The translations under genes and the position numbers were made by a program. A DNA stretch of 64,000 nucleotides, from positions 32,001 through 96,000 of IMG/VR virus record IMGVR_UViG_2595698649_000001; one strand, 5' to 3'. Positions 50,843 through 59,967 of this stretch are shown in pieces. Each line of letters starts with the position of its first letter. Within the stretch, counting starts at the first letter, position 1. Source of the stretch: a virus. Lineage: Duplodnaviria > Caudoviricetes. The notes below the pieces were generated by a model. That model was given only the letters and a program-made list of their open reading frames with translations. It did not search any database and was not told the origin of the DNA.

Positions 50843-52551
50843 TAGTATTTGAAAAGATTAAATGGAAGAACTTTCTTTCAACAGGACAACAAGGCATAGA
50901 AATAGATTTAAACAAAGACGCAACAACACTTATCATAGGTCACAATGGTGCAGGTAAGTCAACGATACTTGACGCATTGTGTTTTGCCTTGTTTAATAAA
51001 CCCTTTAGAGATATAAAGAAAGAACAATTAATTAACAGTATCAACTTAGGTGGTACTGAGATAGAAGTAAACTTTACCATTGCACAAAACAAGTATAGAG
51101 TAGTACGAGGTATTAAACCTAATATATTCCAGATATACTTAAATGGTGAAATGATAAACCAAGAAGCAACTATAGCTGACCAACAAAAACATTTAGAGAA
51201 CAATATACTTAAATTTAACTATAGAAGTTTTACTCAGGTAGTAATCTTAGGTAGTAGTACATTTGTTCCTTTTATGGAATTGAAGTCACCACATAGACGA
51301 GAGGTAGTAGAAGACATTTTAGATATTAAGATATTTTCAGTAATGAATATGTTAGTTAAAATGCAAATCAAAGAAGTTACTGAACAGATAAGAGATATTG
51401 ATAGAGATATACAAATAACAAAGAGTAAAGTAGAAACTCAACAACAATATTTACAAGATACAGGTAAACAGAATACAAAAGTTATAGATGATTATAATTC
51501 TAAGATAGAAGATAATAAACTGGCAATAGACAAGTATTCAACACATGTTGAGGGTATCAATAAACAGATAACAAATATTAAAACAACAATATTAGATGAA
51601 GAAAAGGTAAGACAACAAGTTAAGAAACTGAATAGTTTTGAAACACAGTTTGAAAGTAAAGTAAATCAATGTACAAAACATAAGAAGTTTTATGAACTCA
51701 ATGATAACTGTCCTACTTGTCAACAAAGTATTGACCCACAATTTAAATCAGAAAAGATTGCTGATGAAAACAAATCACTTATTAAATTTAATCAGGCATT
51801 AGCAGATGTTGCTAAAGAGATTACAACTAAACAAAATAGATTACAAGCAATTGCTAGTGTACACGAAGAAATAAAAGTATTAGAGATTGATAGTGTTAAG
51901 TATGAACAATCAAAAAATGAGTTAAACAATATTAACACAAAATTGGCACATAACATTGAACAGTTATCACAACAAAGTGAAGACACAGGTAAAGCAAAAG
52001 GTAAGTTAGAAGAATTAGAAAATCAATTACAAGAATATGAAAAGGCAATAAGAACTAAAAAAGAAGAAACTGATTACCTACAAGCTGCAAGAGTAATGTT
52101 AGCAGATACAGGTATTAAAACAAAAGTTATCAAACAATACTTACCTATTATGAACCAGTTAATTAACAAGTATCTGGCAAGTATGGATTTCTTTGTTAAC
52201 TTTAAATTAGATGATGAGTTTAAAGAAATAATAAGAAGTAGATTTAGAGACGATTTTAGTTATACAAGTTTTAGTGAAGGTGAGAAGATGAGAATAAATC
52301 TTGCATTGTTATTTACATGGCGTGCTATTGCTAAAATGAAAAACAGTATATCAACAAATCTATTATTACTAGATGAAATATTTGATAGTAGTTTAGACGG
52401 ACAAGGTACAGATGATTTCTTAAAGATACTAAACACACTAGAGGGCGAGAATGTGTTTATTATATCTCACAAGACAGATATTATGGCAGACAAATTTAAA
52501 CAACAAATAAGGTTTGAGAAAGATAAGAACTTTACAAGGATAGTAGAATGA
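50839..52551 (+). CDS. gp46: Recombination ATPase gp46 (Rad50/SbcC-like)
   Basis: 'GHNGAGKST', zinc hook 'CPTCQQ', 'FSEGEK', 'LLLDEIFDSSLD'. Confidence 0.96.
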   Translation: MIVFEKIKWKNFLSTGQQGIEIDLNKDATTLIIGHNGAGKSTILDALCFALFNKPFRDIKKEQLINSINLGGTEIEVNFTIAQNKYRVVRGIKPNIFQIYLNGEMINQEATIADQQKHLENNILKFNYRSFTQVVILGSSTFVPFMELKSPHRREVVEDILDIKIFSVMNMLVKMQIKEVTEQIRDIDRDIQITKSKVETQQQYLQDTGKQNTKVIDDYNSKIEDNKLAIDKYSTHVEGINKQITNIKTTILDEEKVRQQVKKLNSFETQFESKVNQCTKHKKFYELNDNCPTCQQSIDPQFKSEKIADENKSLIKFNQALADVAKEITTKQNRLQAIASVHEEIKVLEIDSVKYEQSKNELNNINTKLAHNIEQLSQQSEDTGKAKGKLEELENQLQEYEKAIRTKKEETDYLQAARVMLADTGIKTKVIKQYLPIMNQLINKYLASMDFFVNFKLDDEFKEIIRSRFRDDFSYTSFSEGEKMRINLALLFTWRAIAKMKNSISTNLLLLDEIFDSSLDGQGTDDFLKILNTLEGENVFIISHKTDIMADKFKQQIRFEKDKNFTRIVE

Positions 52552-53555
52552 AAATAACAATAGCTAGATTAAGAAGTGGAACAAATTATAAAGAACCATT
52601 ATTAGATATTATGGATTCTTTTTATGAGTTATATAAAAAATATCAAATACAAAGACCACAACACTCATATGGATATTACAACTTTGGTTTTGGTTTTGCA
52701 AACAGACAAAAGATGGATGATATTAAAGATAGTGATGTTATTATAATACCAAGTGAGAATGAGTTTACATTTCATATCAAAAACTTTCAGGACAATAGAC
52801 AAGTATTTCGTAGTAACGAAAAGGTACGAGAGATAGGTGCCATGTTGGCAGACAAACATATTATTATAATGAGAAGTGATAGAGCAGATAATGAAGAACT
52901 ATACAGAAACAAAACATTTAAAGGATTTGATATAGGTAAGGTAAGTATATTAGATGAAATAGATATTGAAGGTGGCATACATGCTATGAAGTATCATTTT
53001 ATTACAGACGCAATACCACCTAAATTAGAAGAAGGTACGAGAGCATATGATTTTGTATATTGGGGTACAGACAAAAGAAAGACAGCAGACAATGTTGAAA
53101 GTGGAGATATAAGACATACTTTCTTTAAACAAATATACAAAGAGAAAAAAATTAGTGCATACTGGATTGGTAAGTTTTCAGGTGTACAAAGAGATAAGAA
53201 AATAGATAAGATGAGAAATCTATTACCACATTTAACAAATGGTAAAACAACAATGTGTTTTAACTGGATGAGCAACACAGCAACAACAAGTAGATACCAC
53301 GAGGCATTAGCATGTGGCATAATACCATTTGTACATGAAAACTATGATGTAAACAATACAATAGTTGGAAACGAATGGCAAAGAGTGGTAGATGTAGAAC
53401 ATTTATATTCTAAGATTGACGAATTAAGAACAAACAATAGCTGGCAAGAAAAGTATAATGAGATACTAGATGACTATAAACGGAGAACATTAAAGTCAAA
53501 AGAGTGGTATTACAACGCTTTTCAATCAAGGCTTGACAATTTGATTAATTTATGA
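52548..53555 (+). CDS. GT-B glycosyltransferase resembling T4 DNA beta-glucosyltransferase
   Basis: 335 aa. 'MKITI', 'YDFVYWG' and 'TSRYHEALACGIIPFVHENYD...IVGNEW..V.....L...IDEL....SKEWY..AF' parallel T4 Bgt segments as I recall them. Confidence 0.65.
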   Translation: MKITIARLRSGTNYKEPLLDIMDSFYELYKKYQIQRPQHSYGYYNFGFGFANRQKMDDIKDSDVIIIPSENEFTFHIKNFQDNRQVFRSNEKVREIGAMLADKHIIIMRSDRADNEELYRNKTFKGFDIGKVSILDEIDIEGGIHAMKYHFITDAIPPKLEEGTRAYDFVYWGTDKRKTADNVESGDIRHTFFKQIYKEKKISAYWIGKFSGVQRDKKIDKMRNLLPHLTNGKTTMCFNWMSNTATTSRYHEALACGIIPFVHENYDVNNTIVGNEWQRVVDVEHLYSKIDELRTNNSWQEKYNEILDDYKRRTLKSKEWYYNAFQSRLDNLINL

Positions 53556-53561
53556 TAAGCT
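53533..53561 (+). promoter_or_regulatory. Sigma70-type promoter
   Basis: TTGACA-N17-TAAGCT. Confidence 0.5.
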
Positions 53562-53574
53562 TAGTAAATATAAT

Positions 53575-54119
53575 ATGGAAAAACTAATAACTAAAATTGA
53601 AGACATAAAAGTTAATTTATGTGAAGATGATATTTTAAATTTTTTACAAATACAGAAACGCTGGCCAATACAGTATTCTACTTCACAACCTACAGTACAA
53701 ATCATAAATGAACTAGGTAATTTCTACAACGATTTTTTTGAAAATACTGTAGATGGAATATTCTTAAATTATGATAAGTGGTTATCTTTATACAACTTAG
53801 GATTTACTTCTATTATATCAAATGTTTTAGATTTATCAAAAGAACTAAGAACATTAGAGAAATTAATAATAGAAGAAATAGGTGTAAAAGTTTGTGGTAA
53901 TTTTTACTTTAGTAAACCTGGAAGAAAAGAAAGTTTTGATAAACATACCCATAGTTATGATGTTATAGTAAAACAAATATATGGCAAGTCAAAATGGATT
54001 TTAAACAACCAAGAAATAGACCTATGTCCTAATCAAGTATTATATGTACCTAAAAATACTGAACACGCTGTTATTGAAAAAACAGAAAAAAATTATCATT
54101 AACCTTAAATTTAGCATGA
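53575..54119 (+). CDS. JmjC/cupin_4-like 2OG oxygenase (apparent 1-nt frameshift at A7, 54086-54092)
   Basis: 'NFYFS....SF..HTHSYDVIVKQIYGKSKW', 'LYVPK...HAV'. Adding one A gives 'KKLSLTLNLA*', ending in an ATGA overlap with the next gene. Confidence 0.75.
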
Positions 54120-55258
54120 AGAATAAACCTATAGACCCTTTATTAGAAAAACAATGGGAGACCTTTCAACAAGAAAATCCTACACCTTACGAACATATAG
54201 ATACAAACGAACTTAAAGAGCGTTTAATTACTGAACTAGGTTATGTATCTGGTATGACAGTAGAAGAATATACATTATATCAAAAATGGTGTGAAGTTAA
54301 AAACAAGTATCCTGCTCAGACAGTAAACACTTTATTTGGCGAAGAAAGTCAATTAGTAGATTTATCAAAAGATAAACTATTATCTCATGTAAAGAACAAT
54401 ATATGGTCACCTCAGGATCCTATGGATTTTGAGAAGTTACAACCAGAACTAATCTATACAAAAGATAGTCCAGAATTACCACAATTGTGGAACGCAATAA
54501 GAACATTTGCCTCTACAATGAAAAACAATAACAATATAGGTCGTAATCTAAACTTTATAGTAAGAGATAAACCAACAAAGAAATATCTAGGTGTCATTTG
54601 TATATCAAGTGACTTTTTAGATTTAACACCTAGAGATAATTACATAGGTTGGGATAGAGTTAGAAAAACACAAAAGATGATTAATCATACGGCGATAGGT
54701 AGTACGATTGTGCCACTACAACCACTAGGTTATAATTACACAGGTGGTAAGTTACTTGCGTTGATGTGTTTATCAGATAAAGTACAAGAGACATGGAAAA
54801 AAGAATATGGCGATACAATGGTTGGTGTTACAACTACAAGTTTATATGGTAGTTTTAGTCAATATCAGAATTTGAAACACTGGAAGAAAAGAGGTCATAG
54901 TGCAGGTAGTGTATCATACGAAGCAACGAAACCTACTATTCAGATGTTAAGAAAGTGGATTATGGAAAATCACACTAGAAAATACTTTGAATGGTATAGT
55001 GCTACAAAACCTACAGGTCAACCATATAAGAGAGACCACAGAAATAGAAGTCATACATTTGCATATAGTAAACTAGGTATACCAAAAGAGTTAACAAAGT
55101 CAGACCACAGTAGAGGTATCTATTTTTCCGCTAGAAAGCGTATTAAATCATTGATTGACCAAACAAGGACAAACATGGAGACGCTTTACTATGATGACTT
55201 GATACATTTAACATGGGAAGAAACCAAAGAAAAGTATCTAAAACAGGTAGGAAGATAA
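54116..55258 (+). CDS. DUF4338/DruA-like protein
   Basis: 'GRNLNFIVRD..T.KYLGVI.I.SD...L..RD.YIGW', 'IVP.QPLGYNY.GGKLLAL', 'TTTSLYG..SQY'. Confidence 0.65.
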   Translation: MKNKPIDPLLEKQWETFQQENPTPYEHIDTNELKERLITELGYVSGMTVEEYTLYQKWCEVKNKYPAQTVNTLFGEESQLVDLSKDKLLSHVKNNIWSPQDPMDFEKLQPELIYTKDSPELPQLWNAIRTFASTMKNNNNIGRNLNFIVRDKPTKKYLGVICISSDFLDLTPRDNYIGWDRVRKTQKMINHTAIGSTIVPLQPLGYNYTGGKLLALMCLSDKVQETWKKEYGDTMVGVTTTSLYGSFSQYQNLKHWKKRGHSAGSVSYEATKPTIQMLRKWIMENHTRKYFEWYSATKPTGQPYKRDHRNRSHTFAYSKLGIPKELTKSDHSRGIYFSARKRIKSLIDQTRTNMETLYYDDLIHLTWEETKEKYLKQVGR

Positions 55259-55280
55259 GAACAAAAGTAGAACATAGGCT

Positions 55281-55397
55281 GTGCGATATGACGCACCAGC
55301 AATAAATCGTTGATTTATAAAGGTTCTTTTTTTGTATTTTATGCCAATAATTGTTGACTTTTGGTTAAAATTGGTATAGGATATACAGTATATTATG
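55281..55397 (+). promoter_or_regulatory. Early promoter element, copy 1 (upstream boxes + TTGACT-N17-TAGGAT)
   Basis: Shares ordered blocks with 57767-57880. Confidence 0.7.
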
Positions 55398-57749
55398 AAA
55401 ACGAGGTCAAATATGAATACTATTTCAAAAGAGCAAAAATCAAATCTTGCTAAATTACTTGCAACAGAAAATCTAAACGTAGAACATAGAAAAGTTAAAA
55501 CAGCACACTTTGTTCCAAAGACTAGAACTTTATGTCTTCCAATATGGGACAATATGTCTAATGACCTTTATGACTTATTATGTGGACACGAAGTTGGTCA
55601 CGCATTATGGACTCCTGCTGATGAGACAAAATTAAACGAAGCAAAAAAGAAACACAATATTCCTCACTCTTACATGAATGTTATTGAAGATATCAGAATT
55701 GATAAGAAGATGAAATTAAAATACCCTGGTCTTAGAAAATCATACTTTAACGGTTACAAAGAATTAGTTGCTAGAGACTTTTTTGGTAAGATTGGTGACG
55801 AAGCAAACAATATGAGATTTATTGATAGACTTAATGTGTTTACAAAATCTGGTCACTTAGAAAATACTATTGAGTTTAATGACCAAGAAAAATCATTTAT
55901 TGAAAAATCAAATCACTTAGAAACTTTTGATGATGTAATTGACCTTGCTAAACAAATCTTTGCTTATAGTAAAGAAGAAAATTACGATAAAGAAAAAGAC
56001 CCTTTATTTCAACAGTTAAAAGAAATAGAACAAGATAAACTTGACCAAGATGAACAAGATAATCAATCAGAGCAATCTGAAAGTGAAGATAGTCAGGATC
56101 CTTCAGATGAAAAGCAATCACAATCTGGTGGTGATGAAGATACAGAAAAAGAAGAAGAAAAAGATAATACAACTTCAGGTGATGACGGTAACAAAACTGA
56201 TGAACCTGAAAACGAGAATAAACAAAAAGTAGATGGTAACAAAGGTCACATGGGTAGTCATAATCCAGAGTATCAACCTGAAAAAATTACTCCTTCAAAT
56301 AGTGACGGTTCATTATCAGATGAAATGTTTAAAGAAGCAATGAAGTCTTTATCAAATATGTCTGAGAATATTAGAGACCGTAGGTATGTTACATTACCAA
56401 GTCTTAGTGAGGAAGATGTTATTATATCTTCAAAACATGTTGCTAAGTTATACAAAGATTATTATACAAAAAAATATTCATCAACTCCTACAATGATGGC
56501 AAATAGTCTTAATAGATTTAAAGAGTGGAAGAAATCACAATCTGGTACAATCTCTTATATGGCAAAAGAGTTTGAAATGAAAAAAGCGGCAGATACTTAC
56601 AAAAAGTCTTTAACAAGTAAAACTGGTATTATCAATATGAATAAAATTCACTCATATAAATTCAATGATGATATATTCAAAAAAATTCAAATAGAACCAG
56701 GTGCCAAAAATCATGGTATGATTATGTTTATAGATTGGTCTGGATCCATGTCTCAAAATATTGATGACACAATCAAGCAAACTTTAAACTTAGTAATGTT
56801 TTGTAAAGCAGTTCAAATACCTTTTAGAGTATTTGCTTTTTCAGATATTACTAGAGCTGCGTTCTATAAAGAAGACCATGATGATTATGGTTATTCAAGT
56901 AGAGCAGCAAGAGATTTAAAAAACAATCCTTTTAAACATAAACACGGTGACTTGTTTATTGAAAATGTAAACTTAATTGAGTGGTTATCAAGTGACCAAA
57001 AAACTCCTGAGTATAATGAGAATATGTTAAACTTATATAGATTTGGTGAGTATCATACTCAATATTATAATCATAGAAGACATTATGACAGTTATGAAGA
57101 ACCAATTGATATGCCTAGTTGTATGAGACTTGGCGGTACTCCTCTGGATCCTGCTATCGTTGCTTCTTTAACTATTGTTAAAAACTTTATTCTTAAACAT
57201 AAGATACAAAAAATGAATACAATCTTTTTAACTGATGGTTGTGGTCATTCAATGTATAATACTGTTACTACTACTGACAAAGGTAATTTAGAATTAGATT
57301 ATGGTAGTGAAAATGCAGATTTAGTTATCAAAAATCCAGTTACTAAAAAAAACTATCCTTATGAAAGTCATAGATTTACAAAATCAACTGCCGTTATGTT
57401 TGATATGTTAAGACAATCTACTGGTACTAATATTGTAGGTTTCTATGTTACAAGTAGAAATAATGCTAGTTACTATGATATATCAAATTTCTTACCAGAA
57501 GGTGCCGGTTATGACGGTGTTGACGCTGTAAGAAAACAAATGCGTAAAGATAAAGTTGGTACTATTGTTGGTACTGGTTATGATGAATTGTTTATCATTC
57601 CAAAAAAGAATTTAAAGATAGTTGACGAAGAAGCGAAGATTAATCCAGATATGTCAATTGCTAAAATGAAAGCAGAATTTGGTAAGACTTTAAAAACTAA
57701 AAAGATATCCAGAGTTTTACTGAATAAATTTGTGGAAAGAGTTGCCTAA
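55395..57749 (+). CDS. Metallopeptidase-motif + VWA protein (CobT-like), partner of AAA ATPase
   Basis: 'LAKLLATENL.V', HExxH 'GHEVGHAL', 'N..ED.RI', MIDAS 'IDWSGSM', 'LGGTPL', 'FLTDG'. Confidence 0.8.
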   Translation: MKTRSNMNTISKEQKSNLAKLLATENLNVEHRKVKTAHFVPKTRTLCLPIWDNMSNDLYDLLCGHEVGHALWTPADETKLNEAKKKHNIPHSYMNVIEDIRIDKKMKLKYPGLRKSYFNGYKELVARDFFGKIGDEANNMRFIDRLNVFTKSGHLENTIEFNDQEKSFIEKSNHLETFDDVIDLAKQIFAYSKEENYDKEKDPLFQQLKEIEQDKLDQDEQDNQSEQSESEDSQDPSDEKQSQSGGDEDTEKEEEKDNTTSGDDGNKTDEPENENKQKVDGNKGHMGSHNPEYQPEKITPSNSDGSLSDEMFKEAMKSLSNMSENIRDRRYVTLPSLSEEDVIISSKHVAKLYKDYYTKKYSSTPTMMANSLNRFKEWKKSQSGTISYMAKEFEMKKAADTYKKSLTSKTGIINMNKIHSYKFNDDIFKKIQIEPGAKNHGMIMFIDWSGSMSQNIDDTIKQTLNLVMFCKAVQIPFRVFAFSDITRAAFYKEDHDDYGYSSRAARDLKNNPFKHKHGDLFIENVNLIEWLSSDQKTPEYNENMLNLYRFGEYHTQYYNHRRHYDSYEEPIDMPSCMRLGGTPLDPAIVASLTIVKNFILKHKIQKMNTIFLTDGCGHSMYNTVTTTDKGNLELDYGSENADLVIKNPVTKKNYPYESHRFTKSTAVMFDMLRQSTGTNIVGFYVTSRNNASYYDISNFLPEGAGYDGVDAVRKQMRKDKVGTIVGTGYDELFIIPKKNLKIVDEEAKINPDMSIAKMKAEFGKTLKTKKISRVLLNKFVERVA

Positions 57750-57766
57750 ATGAAAAAAATGACTAA

Positions 57767-57880
57767 GTGCGACATGTTGACACAGCAATTAATTTGGAAA
57801 GCGTTGAAATATAAAGGTTTTTTATTTGAAATAACGCTTGACTTTAACAATAAAGTGTGATAGGATATAGTTATATTATG
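57767..57880 (+). promoter_or_regulatory. Early promoter element, copy 2
   Basis: TTGACT(57838)-N17-TAGGAT(57861) with the same upstream blocks as copy 1. Confidence 0.7.
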
Positions 57881-59077
57881 AAAAAAAGTGAAAGGACTAC
57901 AATTATGTTAAACGAGAAACAAAAAAAGTTTGTTGACCTTGCTGTAAAAGAACTTGGTACTGATACAGTAACAAGAAAGCAAGTACAAGAACTTGAAACA
58001 AAATTTAACCTTACTGGTAACAGTTGGTTAGTAAATTCAGGAGATTACAAAGTGGGCAGAGGCGTATATAAATTACCTACTGACGGTGTTGTAAACCCTA
58101 GTAAGAATATCAAACAGAAATTGCCTAAGACTAAAGCAGTTGCTGAGACAGTTACTTTAAAAGAGACTGCTCAAAATACTGAGAGTTTAGTTCCTAATAA
58201 AGAGGCAACTTTCGTATCATTTGGTAATTACAAAGATATTAAGAATATTGTAAAATCTAAAATATTCTATCCTACATTTATTACAGGTCTTTCTGGTAAC
58301 GGTAAGACTTTAGGTGTTACTCAAGCGTGTGCTGAGTTAAAAAGAGAATTAATTAGAGTTAACATAACAGTTGAAACGGACGAAGATGATTTACTTGGTG
58401 GTTTCAGACTAGTTGACGGTGCTACAGTATGGCATGACGGTCCTGTTGTTGACGCTATGAAGCGTGGTGCTCTTCTATTGTTAGATGAGATTGACCTTGC
58501 TTCAAACAAAATTATGTGTTTGCAACCTATCTTAGAAGGTAACGGAGTGTTCCTTAAAAAGATTGGTAAATTTGTTGAACCTGCTGAAGGTTTCAACATT
58601 GTTGCTACTGCCAATACTAAAGGTAAAGGTAGTGAAGACGGAAGATTTATTGGTACTAACATACTCAATGAAGCTTTCTTAGAAAGATTTCCTGTTACTT
58701 TTGAACAAGAGTATCCTCCTGTAAAAGTAGAACAGAAAATTTTAGATAATGTTATGTCCGCTTATGCTTTAAAGGATCCTAAGTTTACTGAGAACCTTGT
58801 TAAATGGGCAGATGTTATTAGAAAAACTTTTTATGATGGCGGTGTTGATGAGATTATTGCTACTAGAAGACTAGTGCATATCATTAATGCTTTTGCTATC
58901 TTTAAGAATAAACTTAAAGCTGTTCAAGTTTGTGTAAACAGATTTGATGACGATACTAAAAACAGTTTCTTAGATTTATATTCTAAAGTTGACGCTGGTG
59001 TTAACATGGAAGATATATCTGGAAATGGGAATGATGTTGACCCAATAAACATGGAAGAGGAAACTCCAAGTGTTTAA
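57878..59077 (+). CDS. MoxR/CobS-like AAA+ ATPase (start 57878 or 57905)
   Basis: Walker A 'GLSGNGKT', 'ETDEDDLLGGF', Walker B 'LLLDEID', 'ATANTKG.GS.DGRF.GTN.LNEAFLERF'. Confidence 0.88.
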   Translation: MKKSERTTIMLNEKQKKFVDLAVKELGTDTVTRKQVQELETKFNLTGNSWLVNSGDYKVGRGVYKLPTDGVVNPSKNIKQKLPKTKAVAETVTLKETAQNTESLVPNKEATFVSFGNYKDIKNIVKSKIFYPTFITGLSGNGKTLGVTQACAELKRELIRVNITVETDEDDLLGGFRLVDGATVWHDGPVVDAMKRGALLLLDEIDLASNKIMCLQPILEGNGVFLKKIGKFVEPAEGFNIVATANTKGKGSEDGRFIGTNILNEAFLERFPVTFEQEYPPVKVEQKILDNVMSAYALKDPKFTENLVKWADVIRKTFYDGGVDEIIATRRLVHIINAFAIFKNKLKAVQVCVNRFDDDTKNSFLDLYSKVDAGVNMEDISGNGNDVDPINMEEETPSV

Positions 59078-59104
59078 TAAAAACATTCATAATGTAGACC
59101 TCGT

Positions 59105-59130
59105 ATCCGTGGGCAGCAATGTCCACGGAT
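59105..59130 (+). terminator. Stable GCAA-tetraloop hairpin (terminator or tRNA-processing leader)
   Basis: ATCCGTGGGCA-GCAA-TGTCCACGGAT, 9 nt before the tRNA. Confidence 0.5.
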
Positions 59131-59139
59131 TTAAAACAA

Positions 59140-59213
59140 GCGGGTGTGGTATAGAAGTATTACGCCAGTTTACCAAACTGGAAATGCAGGAGCGTTACCT
59201 GCCATCCGCTCCA
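59140..59213 (+). tRNA. tRNA-Gly-like, anticodon ACC, non-canonical D and T loops
   Basis: Acceptor GCGGGTG/CATCCGC, discriminator U, encoded CCA. Anticodon arm CCAGT-TTACCAA-ACTGG; T arm GCAGG-AGCGTTA-CCTGC. Confidence 0.8.
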
Positions 59214-59227
59214 ATAAAGGGTACATT

Positions 59228-59431
59228 ATGTCAATAACTGTTGTAGTAAAAAACAATAATGTTGAAAAAGCAATCAGACAGCTTAAGAAAAAACTTATGA
59301 GAGAAGGTGTAGTGAAAGAGTTGAAGACAAGACAATACTATGAAAAACCATCAGAAAAAAAACTCAGATTAAAAAAGGAAAACATTAAGCGTGTCCTGAA
59401 AAACAAAAAACTAAGGGAAAGGGAACAATAA
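59228..59431 (+). CDS. rpsU: Ribosomal protein bS21
   Basis: 'V.V.NNNVEKAIR.LKKK..REG...ELK.RQYYEKPSEKK.R.K.E...R'. Confidence 0.9.
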   Translation: MSITVVVKNNNVEKAIRQLKKKLMREGVVKELKTRQYYEKPSEKKLRLKKENIKRVLKNKKLREREQ

Positions 59432-59432
59432 G

Positions 59433-59768
59433 ATGTTAAACTTTATAAAAGATTTCATTAGCGATAGTGAAAAGACGACCAAGACAAACAAGAAAACGAA
59501 AGGAAAAGTTGTTATGGGAAGAGCTAAAATAGCGAATAGCACTAAATTTCTTAACGCCATGTTAAGAGGTGCAAGTGTGTCATGGACTGACGCACAAGAA
59601 AAATTTAACTTAAAGAGACCAAGAGCGGTTGTAGATAAGTTAAGAGAAGAAGGATATTGCGTTTATGCCAATAAATCTTCAAAAGGTACTAGTTACAGAA
59701 TTGGTACACCTTCAAAAGCGATTGTAGCCGCTGGCTTAATGGCGCTTGAGGGACAAGCATACGCATAA
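59433..59768 (+). CDS. Small basic, probably winged-helix DNA-binding protein
   Basis: 'F.L..PRA.V..LREEGYCVY.N......YRIGTPS.A.VAAG' family of marine T4-like phages. Confidence 0.6.
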   Translation: MLNFIKDFISDSEKTTKTNKKTKGKVVMGRAKIANSTKFLNAMLRGASVSWTDAQEKFNLKRPRAVVDKLREEGYCVYANKSSKGTSYRIGTPSKAIVAAGLMALEGQAYA

Positions 59769-59771
59769 ATA

Positions 59772-59862
59772 GTTTATCTAGGTAGCTCGTAAATCCTAGG
59801 TAAGTCTTGCCTCTCGTAAATGCAAGACATTGAGTTTGGCAGTATCTCTTTAAAAACTGCCA
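59772..59862 (+). ncRNA. Putative three-hairpin small RNA
   Basis: CTAGG/CCTAG, GTCTTGC/GCAAGAC and TGGCAGT/ACTGCCA stems. Loops 1 and 2 share CTCGTAAAT; CATAAATA lies just upstream. Confidence 0.45.
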
Positions 59863-59895
59863 CTTGAAATATGAAATTTAATGATTATATAAATA
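59863..59895 (+). promoter_or_regulatory. RpoH-like promoter (CTTGAA...ATTATAT) overlapping late promoter TATAAATA
   Basis: CTTGAAA at 59863 and TATAAATA at 59888, upstream of hsp20. Confidence 0.5.
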
Positions 59896-59939
59896 CTTAC
59901 GAAGCATGCCATAAGGGTGTTTCAATTTATATAAAAAAT

Positions 59940-59964
59940 AACTTTGCTTTAACAAAAGGAGGTT
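59940..59964 (+). promoter_or_regulatory. ROSE-like RNA thermometer hairpin occluding the hsp20 Shine-Dalgarno
   Basis: AACUUU-G-CUUU-(AACA)-AAAG-GAGGUU: UUGCU pairs with the SD, leaving a bulged G. Confidence 0.65.
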
Positions 59965-59967
59965 CAA

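Noticed and set aside
54116-55258. Complete Druantia defence system
   Set aside because: Only a DUF4338-like gene is present, with no DruE-like helicase or other Dru genes.
55395-59077. Cobalamin biosynthesis (cobS/cobT) as auxiliary metabolism
   Set aside because: The motifs show only a MoxR-type AAA ATPase and a VWA partner. No cobN or other cobalamin genes are present, so a chaperone-like role is more plausible.
59144-59227. N-terminal extension of bS21 in the ORF track
   Set aside because: It overlaps the tRNA; the bS21 homology starts at ATG 59228.
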